From NCBI GenBank assembly GCA_963663735.2, contig CAXXHN010000002.1, positions 205,073-269,072 of the forward strand: a stretch of DNA of 64,000 nt, read 5' to 3'. Positions within the stretch are counted from its first letter, which is position 1. Each line of letters begins with the position of its first letter. The notes under the pieces were generated by a model, which had not been told where the DNA came from, did not search any database, and saw only the letters and a list, made by a program, of their open reading frames with translations. A program made the position numbers and the translations under genes. Shown one piece after another: positions 14,412 through 22,047 of the stretch. Origin of the DNA: Acidobacteriota bacterium. Lineage in GTDB: Bacteria; Acidobacteriota; UBA6911; RPQK01; JAPXNP01.

Positions 14412-15944
14412 ATGACAGATGTGCGATATCAGGGGGGGAGGGTCCTGGCGGGAGTTTTTCTGGTTACATTGATGTTTTCCTGCAATTACCGGTGTCAGGA
14501 CCTGGTTATTCCGGATAGAAGGCTTGCCCTTTGGATTCTGCCTTATCCTCCGGGCAGGTCTTTCGAGCTTTTTCTTGGTTACTGTTCGCCATCTGGGCAC
14601 ACTAACCGGATAGCCTATGATTTCCGGATGCCGTTTGGGGAAGCGATTACCTGTGCTCGCCCGGGCAGGGTAATCGAAATCTTTGATAGCTACAGGGATG
14701 ATGACAACTTGGCCGGACACAATAATCGGGTACTGATCCAGCACTGCGACGGTTCCATTGCCTGGTATGCCCACCTGCAGTACTTTAGTGTTGATCTGGC
14801 AGTCGGAGATTCAGAGGAATATGGAGAAAGGATCGGGTTGTGCGGTACTTCGGGACGCTCCGGAAAGGTTCCGCACCTGCATTTTGAGGTATTCAGGGAA
14901 AACAAATACGACTACAGCGATGCGATCCCGGTGAGCTTTCGTAACCTGAAAGGGCAGCTAGACAACAGGGGTGCCCTGGTACCCGGTCGGTATTATGAAG
15001 CCCTTGGATATAGAGCTGTTGAACTTGAAAACAGCATTTCCGGTGGAGAGATTGCAACACAGGTTCCTCCCTATTACAGGCTTAATCTGGAACCTCCCGG
15101 AGTTGATCCTGCAGTTTTTGCTCCAGGAGTAGTTTCAACCTGGCACCATGAACACAGCGCTCCGGCAATTTCTCCGGATGGGACGGAGATCTACTGGTCA
15201 GTATGGGAGAAACCGGCTCCCCCCGATCCAATACAGCAGATCTGGTTTATCAAGTTTCACAAGTCTGGATGGAGTAACCCGGAAACCGCTCCTTTTTCCG
15301 GCGTTTATTCAGACGGAGGCCCGTTCTTCTCAGCCGACGGAGAGAAGATTTTCTTCTATTCTCTCAGGCCCCTGGAGAGGGAAGAGCCAGCTGCGGATAA
15401 TAACAATATTTGGTATGTAAGGAGAGATGAATCCGGCTGGACAGAGCCGGAAAGTATTGGCCCGGAGATCAATAATGAAAGACTTCAGGCCATGCCGGCC
15501 CTTTCGCGTAATGGGAGCCTGTATTTTTTAAATCATCTTGAGAATGTGGAAAATGGTTATGGGATTTTCAGATCAATCCCCGAGGATGGGGAGTACAGTG
15601 AACCCGAGGTGCTGCCTCGCCAAGTAAACTCAACCTACAGGGAGTGGTGTCCATATGTTGCACCTGATGAGGATTATGTTATTTTCTCCTCGCATCGTCC
15701 TGGAGGTTACGGTTCCGGCGACCTGTACATTTGTTTCCAGTATGAGGACGGAAAATGGAGTGAAGCGATCAACCTGGGAAAGAAAGTTAATTCAGCCTCA
15801 CAGGAACGCTTTCCAATGATCTCTCCAGATGGGAAGGTGTTCTTCTTTGGCCGGGCCACAACAGAAGCTTACGGGGACATTTTTTGGATGAAAGCTGATT
15901 TTATTGAGGAACTGGAAGAGGAGTTTTCTTCCAGGGCCAGATAG
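14412..15944 (+). CDS. M23 peptidase domain fused to PD40 (WD40-like) repeats
   Basis: N-terminal AYDFRMP.G, YAHL, GTSG, PHLHFEV; C-terminal FAPGVVST, SPDG, PFFSADG, PYVAPDE, GGYGSGDLYI, PMISPDG. Confidence 0.8.
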   Translation: MTDVRYQGGRVLAGVFLVTLMFSCNYRCQDLVIPDRRLALWILPYPPGRSFELFLGYCSPSGHTNRIAYDFRMPFGEAITCARPGRVIEIFDSYRDDDNLAGHNNRVLIQHCDGSIAWYAHLQYFSVDLAVGDSEEYGERIGLCGTSGRSGKVPHLHFEVFRENKYDYSDAIPVSFRNLKGQLDNRGALVPGRYYEALGYRAVELENSISGGEIATQVPPYYRLNLEPPGVDPAVFAPGVVSTWHHEHSAPAISPDGTEIYWSVWEKPAPPDPIQQIWFIKFHKSGWSNPETAPFSGVYSDGGPFFSADGEKIFFYSLRPLEREEPAADNNNIWYVRRDESGWTEPESIGPEINNERLQAMPALSRNGSLYFLNHLENVENGYGIFRSIPEDGEYSEPEVLPRQVNSTYREWCPYVAPDEDYVIFSSHRPGGYGSGDLYICFQYEDGKWSEAINLGKKVNSASQERFPMISPDGKVFFFGRATTEAYGDIFWMKADFIEELEEEFSSRAR

Positions 15945-15993
15945 GTTTTTGAACCGATTCCAGAAAATTCGACAACTGATAAGGTGGACGCCA

Positions 15994-16253
15994 GGGAATG
16001 CAGGTCTTCAGACCTGCAGATGTGGCTGGCTGCACCCAATGGAGCTTTAATATGGAACGTCAGCCTCCTGATTGACATTTGAATCAACGACGCTGAAAGT
16101 GGGACGAATTCCCCTTCCGAAATTCCATGTAGGGAGGATTCTCGAATCGTCCAAGGGGAGGAGTGGCAGGTATGCTTCCGGCCACAATTCGTGACGATTA
16201 CGGATAGGACAGCGACAACGAAAATGATAGCCGCTTTGCTGACAATGACAACG
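15994..16253. repeat. Intergenic mosaic of REP-like palindromes and a GACAAC-type motif
   Basis: TGCAGGTCT-tc-AGACCTGCA (15999-16018); GGAACGTCAGCCTCCTGATTGAC (16054-16076); GTAG+GGAGGATTC-tc-GAATCGTCC (16129-16152); GTGGCAGG...CCGGCCAC (16163-16185); GATAGCCGCTTTGCTGACAATGACAACG (16226-16253). Confidence 0.7.
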
Positions 16254-16333
16254 AATTTTCCATTTACACTATTCCCCTTCCGGTGCACAATGGATTCCAT
16301 CAGATGAATCAATAACCTGGAGGGGTAATCATA

Positions 16334-17722
16334 ATGCGCGCTAGATGCCTGCTTGTTTTTTTCATTCTGCTTCTGCTCCCATCCACACTGCTGGCAGAAA
16401 AGGAATATGAGGCCTATGAACCGTGGCTAGCCCAGCGGATATCAGACTGGCAGGACCTGAAGTTCGGATTCTTCGTGCACTGGGGGATCTACAGCCAGTG
16501 GGGATGCATTGAGTCCTGGCCGTTGGTGGAAGCGGATGAATGGGCCCGGCCCGATGACCTGCCGGCATGGGTGGAGCGCGGAAAGGATATTGAGCGGTTC
16601 AAACAGGATTACTGGAAGTTGAATACTACCTTCAGTCCGACCGATTTTCATCCGGAATCATGGGTAGAAACCGCGAAGGCCGCGGGAATGAAATATTTTG
16701 TTTTCACCACCAAGCACCATGACGGCTTCTGCATGTTTGATACCAGGTATACGGATTTCAAATCCACCTCACTGGATTGTCCTTTTCATCAGGATCCCAA
16801 CTCTAATTCGGCAAAGGTTCTTTTTGACGCCTTTCGGGCTGCTGATTTCAAAATCGGCGCCTATTTTTCCAAGGCTGACTGGCACAGCCCTTACTACTGG
16901 AGCCCGGAAACCCAGGCACGGACCCGCAATCCTAACTACGACACCCAGGCTGATCCGGAAAAATGGTCAAAGTTTGTGGAGTTCGTGCACGATCAGGTGG
17001 AGGAGTTGATGACCGGGTACGGACCGATTGACATCCTCTGGCTCGATGCGGGTCAGGTTAGGCCTCCGGAGCAGGATATCGACATGGATCGCCTGGTTAA
17101 AATGGCGCGCGGCCACCAGCCGGAACTGATTGTTGTGGACCGGGCGGTAGGCGGAAAATACGAGAACTACCTTACCCCGGAACAGAAAGTTCCCGATGTG
17201 CCTCCCGATTATCCCTGGGAGACCTGCATGACCCTGGGCGACCAGTGGTCCTATAAACCCAATGATAATTATAAATCGACCCGTGAACTGGTCCACCTGC
17301 TCGCCAACATTGTATCCAAGGGCGGAAATTTATTACTGAATGTCGGACCTGACTCTGAAGGGCGGCTTCCGGAAACAGCAGTCTCCAGAATGAAGGAGAT
17401 AGGGAACTGGCTGGATATTAACGGGGAAGCGATCTATGGCACCCGCCCTATTGCCCCCTATCGCGAAGGCCGGATCTGCCTGACTCAAAAAGGGAATTCT
17501 GTCTATGCCATCTGCCTGGCGGAAGAAGGGAAGGATACACCGCCGGCGGAGATCAGGCTGTCTTATATCACGCCAAAACCTGGTTCAGAGGTCCGGATGC
17601 TGGGCTGTAATAGGGGGATTGAGTGGAGGAAGGAAGGTGGTGGAGTAGTGATTAAGTTCCCGGCGGATGCCGGTTTGATTTGCAGGGACGCGTGGGTAGT
17701 GAAGGTGGAAGCGGGGGAGTAG
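16334..17722 (+). CDS. Alpha-L-fucosidase (GH29), secreted
   Basis: KFGFFVHWGIYS, TTKHHDGFCMF, DILWLD nucleophile region, WETCMT, VSKGGNLLLNVGP, NGEAIYGTRP; signal peptide; RBS GGAGGGG. Confidence 0.95.
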   Translation: MRARCLLVFFILLLLPSTLLAEKEYEAYEPWLAQRISDWQDLKFGFFVHWGIYSQWGCIESWPLVEADEWARPDDLPAWVERGKDIERFKQDYWKLNTTFSPTDFHPESWVETAKAAGMKYFVFTTKHHDGFCMFDTRYTDFKSTSLDCPFHQDPNSNSAKVLFDAFRAADFKIGAYFSKADWHSPYYWSPETQARTRNPNYDTQADPEKWSKFVEFVHDQVEELMTGYGPIDILWLDAGQVRPPEQDIDMDRLVKMARGHQPELIVVDRAVGGKYENYLTPEQKVPDVPPDYPWETCMTLGDQWSYKPNDNYKSTRELVHLLANIVSKGGNLLLNVGPDSEGRLPETAVSRMKEIGNWLDINGEAIYGTRPIAPYREGRICLTQKGNSVYAICLAEEGKDTPPAEIRLSYITPKPGSEVRMLGCNRGIEWRKEGGGVVIKFPADAGLICRDAWVVKVEAGE

Positions 17723-17851
17723 GGGAGAGATTGAGGAATATTATCTGTTTCAGATTTCTTGAAGTCGAGTTTAGCGAATTTATCGAAATAAGCTGAAGCC
17801 TCGGTAAGTGCTTGATACGACTAATTGATTAACTTAGAATGTCGGAATCTT

Positions 17852-18619
17852 ATGGTTTTTAACATCATCACCTCCCTCCTCACCCGTTCCTCCACCCCCA
17901 AAGCCAACTTCCCGCCAACAGAGCTGTACAACGAAGGGTGGATGCTGCGGTTGCTGCTGGACTGGCTGGCATCGAATCCTGGATTGGGGCATGACCTTGA
18001 TCTCGTTGCTTCCGATAAATGGTATTCCGAAGCGCTTCTTCCTTCGCCCTTCGCCCCTCGGTTCAGGGGAGACAGACTTGGAGAATCTCGAACTCATGCT
18101 GATGGGGTTATCGGCGATTTTATTATTGGCACTGACAGTAAAGCTGATTTGTCCCTACTGCCTGGAGCGTCCCGGTTCATAGTGGTTGAGGCCAAGATGT
18201 TTAGCAAATTGTCCTCAGGTGTGAAAAATTCTTCATTTTTCAACCAGGCAGCTCGTAACGTGGCCTGCATAACCGAGGTAATTAAACGGGCCGGGATCGA
18301 GCCTGCATCCATGGAAAATATTGGATTCTTCCTGGTCGCGCCGGACGCCCAGATTAAGGCCGGAGTTTTTGCGGAACATATGAACCCGCGACAAATAAGG
18401 AATACGGTAAGCCTGCGGGTTTCCCAGTACCAGGATGCTGGAATGGACCTCTGGTTCGTGGATCGGTTCCTTCCAACCTTGGAAAAGATACGCATTCGTG
18501 AGATTTCCTGGGAAGAGCTGATCAATCTGATCGGCAAGACTGATCCTGATTTCGGTGTCCAGATAGACATGTTTTATGACAAATGCCTGGAGTACAATCA
18601 GAAAGGCAAGGCAGAATAG
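17852..18619 (+). CDS. Hypothetical protein, PD-(D/E)xK nuclease-like
   Basis: E...THADGVIG...VVEAKMFSKL...NQAARN matches the D...ExK...Q arrangement (inference). Start at ATG 17852 (ORF track 17825, TTG). Confidence 0.55.
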   Translation: MVFNIITSLLTRSSTPKANFPPTELYNEGWMLRLLLDWLASNPGLGHDLDLVASDKWYSEALLPSPFAPRFRGDRLGESRTHADGVIGDFIIGTDSKADLSLLPGASRFIVVEAKMFSKLSSGVKNSSFFNQAARNVACITEVIKRAGIEPASMENIGFFLVAPDAQIKAGVFAEHMNPRQIRNTVSLRVSQYQDAGMDLWFVDRFLPTLEKIRIREISWEELINLIGKTDPDFGVQIDMFYDKCLEYNQKGKAE

Positions 18620-18678
18620 AATTTCAGCCATTCCGCCTGCCTGCCTGCCGGAAAATCCTCCAGCTCGCCATTTAAATT

Positions 18679-18873
18679 TTCCCGTCCGGCAACCTCAGCT
18701 TTCAGATTTCAGTTTCCTCTGTCGCACTTTCAGCGCTCAAATATTATTTTTTGAGGTTCCTTTTCCCGGGGTTCCCTTCGGCTCGTCGGGGCTTTGCCCC
18801 GGACGCAGCCTCCGGTCACCCCGGGCTAAATCATGCCAGGCCTCCGGCCTTTTTTATTGGTGTCGCCTGGCGG
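18679..18873. repeat. Composite REP-like element, copy A
   Basis: Leader TTCCCGTCCGGCAA..TCAGATTTCAG..TGTCGC, then CAGCGCTC, stem CCCGGGGT (18765-18772)/ACCCCGGG (18818-18825), GGCTAA, hairpin AGGCC-tcc-GGCCT plus T-tract, TGTCGCCTGGCGG. Homologous to 20182-20390. Confidence 0.8.
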
Positions 18874-18914
18874 GAAATCCGTCGGTCCGCTGTTCGACAT
18901 TCGTTTTTATAATA

Positions 18915-18960
18915 TTCCCGTCCGGCAATCTCACTTCTCAGATCTCAGTTCCTCTGTCGC
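18915..18960. repeat. Truncated direct-repeat copy of the element leader, overlapping a stop codon
   Basis: 41 of 47 aligned positions identical to 18679-18725; 34 of 39 identical to 20182-20220; contains the TGA (18945-18947, minus strand) of the next gene. Confidence 0.85.
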
Positions 18961-19979
18961 CCCTCTGTTTTGTCGAAATCGAGGGTCAATTCGACTTTAA
19001 GCCACCAGCGGGGTTTGTCGGCTATCCTGATCGGGATGCCCCGGTAGTCTCCCGTGGTGGGAATCCAAAGTGAAAAATTGTGTTTCCTGTCCAGGTCATG
19101 CCTTAGGGTTTTAAAATCGAGTTGGAGAACATTCCGAAAGCCGCGGTTGTTGAGTTCATACTCCTTGTGCACTTTCAGGTTTGTTATTTCCAGGGTATAA
19201 AGATGAGCGCTGTTGACATATCTTTGTTTAGTTTTCTGGAAAACAGAAATAGATGAACCGGAATCGATTTTTTCAAGAATGGGGTCCAGCAGCAATCGAA
19301 TTGCTGTAAAAAAACCTGCCGGTTGATCGAATTGAGGAGGTTTGTTTTCGAGGACTCTTTCAATATCCGGTGCATTGAGTCGGGCAGCTTCCAGGTATCT
19401 GTCAGCTACAGTTTCAGGGTTTTTATATGTTGCCTGATCAGTAGCGTTGAAGCGCCAGAGATGCATGTAGGCCTTTATGGGAGTGACTTCACCGATTGAT
19501 CCCTCGAAAAGGGTAAGTTCTGGCTCCCCTGATTTTTTCTCGACCCGGCGAATCTCAGACATCGACTCTTCGGAAGATTTGCTCATGAATCCTTCGAACA
19601 CTGTTTTTGAAAGCTGTTTCGAGCTGTTCTCCTGATTCCACCAGGCCAGTTCTCTGGCATATCCCCAACGGTTGTGCTTTCCAGGCACAGCGTTGGGGTC
19701 AGAACCGAACAGGACCGAGTATCCGTCAATCAGTTCACCTGAAGTGCCGGGCTGACCGGTTATGCGGGAAATGGTGCCCCCTCCCACATTATCTCTGCCA
19801 ATCCAGACGAACAGGAGCATTACTGAGCCCCTCATACGATAGTTGAAATCTTCGATTGAGAAGGAATTCGAACCGTCCTGATTGGGCAGGCCTTTCCAAT
19901 GTGATGGTTCGGCGGCGACAGGTATCGCAGTGAGGATAACCAGGTACAGGGTGAGAACCCATAATATGCAGGATTTCAA
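18945..19979 (-). CDS. Exported hypothetical protein
   Basis: 344 aa; TTG start after AGGAGGA RBS; signal peptide ending VAA; no family recognised. Confidence 0.8.
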   Translation of the reverse strand: MKSCILWVLTLYLVILTAIPVAAEPSHWKGLPNQDGSNSFSIEDFNYRMRGSVMLLFVWIGRDNVGGGTISRITGQPGTSGELIDGYSVLFGSDPNAVPGKHNRWGYARELAWWNQENSSKQLSKTVFEGFMSKSSEESMSEIRRVEKKSGEPELTLFEGSIGEVTPIKAYMHLWRFNATDQATYKNPETVADRYLEAARLNAPDIERVLENKPPQFDQPAGFFTAIRLLLDPILEKIDSGSSISVFQKTKQRYVNSAHLYTLEITNLKVHKEYELNNRGFRNVLQLDFKTLRHDLDRKHNFSLWIPTTGDYRGIPIRIADKPRWWLKVELTLDFDKTEGRQRN

Positions 19980-20181
19980 ATCAGTCCTCCTACAGCGTTT
20001 TTGTTGAGCAGCTGAGCCAGATTGATTTCTGGATCAACACGTTTGTCCAATTGAAAGACTTGATGCAGAAAATCATTATTTATCTCAATTTTACAACAAA
20101 AACTCAAGTATGTGATCGGAAACGAAGATTAGGGTTAGATTTATCCTTATTAGGAGTAATAGTTGCACCCTGAAACTCTTA

Positions 20182-20390
20182 CGGCAATCTCACATCACAG
20201 ATTTCAGTTCCTGATGTCGCGCCTACAGCGCTCCAATATCGGCCGGGTCATCCTTTCCTGGGGTTCCGCCGACTTCGCGCAACGGCATCGCTCTTGCTCG
20301 TCTTAGCTCCACCCCAGGCTAAGACCGTCATCCCTTCGGGCCTCCGGTTATCCCGACCTGTGGCCGGGACTGTAGGTTGCCGCCTGGCGG
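20182..20390. repeat. Composite REP-like element, copy B
   Basis: CGGCAATCTCAC..TGTCGC, CAGCGCTC.AATAT, stem CCTGGGGT (20257-20264)/ACCCCAGG (20311-20318), GGCTAA, CCC-ttc-GGG, TGCCGCCTGGCGG. Confidence 0.8.
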
Positions 20391-20423
20391 CGGCGTTATT
20401 TTCCCGGGTACGTTGGTCCCTCC

Positions 20424-20613
20424 CGTTGTCGTTGTCAGCGAAGCGGCTATCGTTGTCGTAATCGTTAGCGATCAAAGCCGATACCGATTCCGATACTGAC
20501 CCCGATGTTTCTGGCTGCGGAGTTATTCAAGGATAATCTGCGCCCCTGCGTCACTGCGCCCTTGCGTCAATTGGAGCTCTGATCTCCTGATTGGCGGCAG
20601 GGCGAAGCTCTGC
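20424..20613. repeat. Second intergenic mosaic of short repeat motifs
   Basis: CGTTGT hexamers around AGCGAAGCGGCT (20424-20463); CGATAC/CGATTC hexamers (20479-20506); 16-mer tandem CTGCGCCC(C/T)TGCGTCA x2 (20538-20569); GGAGC..CTCCTGATTGGC (20573-20595); GCAGGGC-gaa-GCTCTGC (20597-20613). Confidence 0.75.
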
Positions 20614-20668
20614 AACCTCATAATCTAAGTTGTTTATTAAATAGAGACCTCGATTTTTATTAGATTGA

Positions 20669-20697
20669 GTAAACTTTCACAACCCGGCATCCGTCTT
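20669..20697 (+). promoter_or_regulatory. Possible ECF-sigma promoter
   Basis: GTAAAC, 17 bp, CGTCTT, about 45 bp upstream of ATG 20740; fits the AAC...CGT ECF pattern. Confidence 0.35.
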
Positions 20698-20739
20698 AAT
20701 CTATATGTAACAAAAAAGCTAAACCAGGAGGGGTTTAAT

Positions 20740-21810
20740 ATGCCGGTCAGACAATCGAAGACGCATTTTGTTTTTATGTCCGTTATTCTTTTTTTCCTGC
20801 TGCCGGGATTCCTAATGGCCGAGGGTGAAACTACTAATCTGCAGTTTGAGTTTCCTCCTTCAGCTGGATCAAATGCGGAAAGAACCTTACAGAGCCTGGT
20901 GAAAATCCAGGGTACCGGGCAGTTTCGTGAAGACGGCCTATATCTGATGACCCATTTTGGAGACCGCGAGAAGATCTTTCAGAAAGAAAATCAATCAATG
21001 ATTGATAATCCCTTGCTGAACCAGACCTGGCGTTTCTGCAGCCTGTTCTCCGCCTCAAGTGAAGGCTCTGTAATTATGGGACGAAACTGGGACAATCAGA
21101 ATGTAGGCTCCATAATTATCAGTCTTTACAATCCTGAGGAGGGATATTCATCGGTTTCGTTTACCAGGTCGATAAGCCTGGGTTTCGGGCACAAGGACCT
21201 GGAGCCGTTCACATCAGGTGATTATGGAAAGAAGCTGTTGGCGGCTCCGTTTTACGCCTTTGACGGCATCAACGATCAAGGCCTTGCCGTTGGTGTGGCC
21301 GGAGTTAACCAGGTGACCCTGCAACCGAATCCGGATAAAGAACTGGTATACGTCCCGTTCCTGGTGCGCAAGATTCTTGATCAAGCCAGGAATGTTGAGG
21401 AAGCCGTGGCCCTGGTAGAAAAGTATATTCCTTTTGACCTGGATGCAAGCTCCCTGAATGCTCACTATTTTGTCGTTGATGCTTCCGGAAAGTCTGTTGT
21501 CCTTGAATATACAGGTGACAGGTGGGAAAGGACCTTCGGGGGGAAAAACTGGCAAGTCATGACTACCAGGCCGGTGTTTAATGTCCAGGATGAAATTCTG
21601 CGGAGCAAATGCTGGCGCTATCGCAGCCTTTGTGAGAACCTGGAGGGAAGCAAAGGGGTGGTGGATTGGCAATCGGGTTTGAGATTCCTGCAGGACGCGG
21701 CGCAAACAGGCACAACCTGGTCAGTTGTCTATTCTCCCAGTGAAAGAGACCTGTTTTTCTCTGTTTATCAGGAATGGGACAAGGTTTACTATTTCAGGAT
21801 GCGCAGATAA
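20740..21810 (+). CDS. Secreted Ntn-hydrolase (linear amide C-N hydrolase / C45-like)
   Basis: Signal peptide; WRF-CSLF (putative N-terminal Cys nucleophile after processing), GRNWD, DGINDQGL, HYFVVDASG, TTWSVVY. Start ATG 20740 with CAGGAGG RBS (ORF track 20665). Confidence 0.8.
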   Translation: MPVRQSKTHFVFMSVILFFLLPGFLMAEGETTNLQFEFPPSAGSNAERTLQSLVKIQGTGQFREDGLYLMTHFGDREKIFQKENQSMIDNPLLNQTWRFCSLFSASSEGSVIMGRNWDNQNVGSIIISLYNPEEGYSSVSFTRSISLGFGHKDLEPFTSGDYGKKLLAAPFYAFDGINDQGLAVGVAGVNQVTLQPNPDKELVYVPFLVRKILDQARNVEEAVALVEKYIPFDLDASSLNAHYFVVDASGKSVVLEYTGDRWERTFGGKNWQVMTTRPVFNVQDEILRSKCWRYRSLCENLEGSKGVVDWQSGLRFLQDAAQTGTTWSVVYSPSERDLFFSVYQEWDKVYYFRMRR

Positions 21811-22047
21811 TCGCGTGTTTTTTACGTGAAGTATTGCGCGGCACTAGGATGATTTTCGACAGTATATGTGGCTGCAGAGGATGTGAGCCTTTTCGGAGAA
21901 AGCTTCGCATCCGTCATGCCAATTGAGGATTATCCCGGGATGACCGCGGATTCCCCGGTCTTGACCTGAATGCGATCAGGCTCTATATTCGCTCCTGCAG
22001 GGAATCAACGGAGGAGCATAAACAATACTTCAAGGGAATTCACTCGA

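Noticed and set aside
15869-16312. 147-aa minus-strand ORF
   Set aside because: Runs through repeat remnants and antisense to the M23-PD40 3' end; no protein-like features.
18576-19073. 165-aa plus-strand ORF
   Set aside because: Translation of the palindromic element, overlapping two better-supported genes.
20248-20475. 75-aa ORF starting MIANDYDNDS
   Set aside because: Low-complexity translation of hexamer repeats and element B; no RBS.
18679-20613. CRISPR array or integron attC cassette array
   Set aside because: Repeats are not regularly spaced with equal-length spacers; no cas or intI gene; no RYYYAAC...GTTRRRY attC ends seen.
21811-22047. Guanidine or other known riboswitch before DDAH
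   Set aside because: No ACGR twin loops or other riboswitch consensus recognised.
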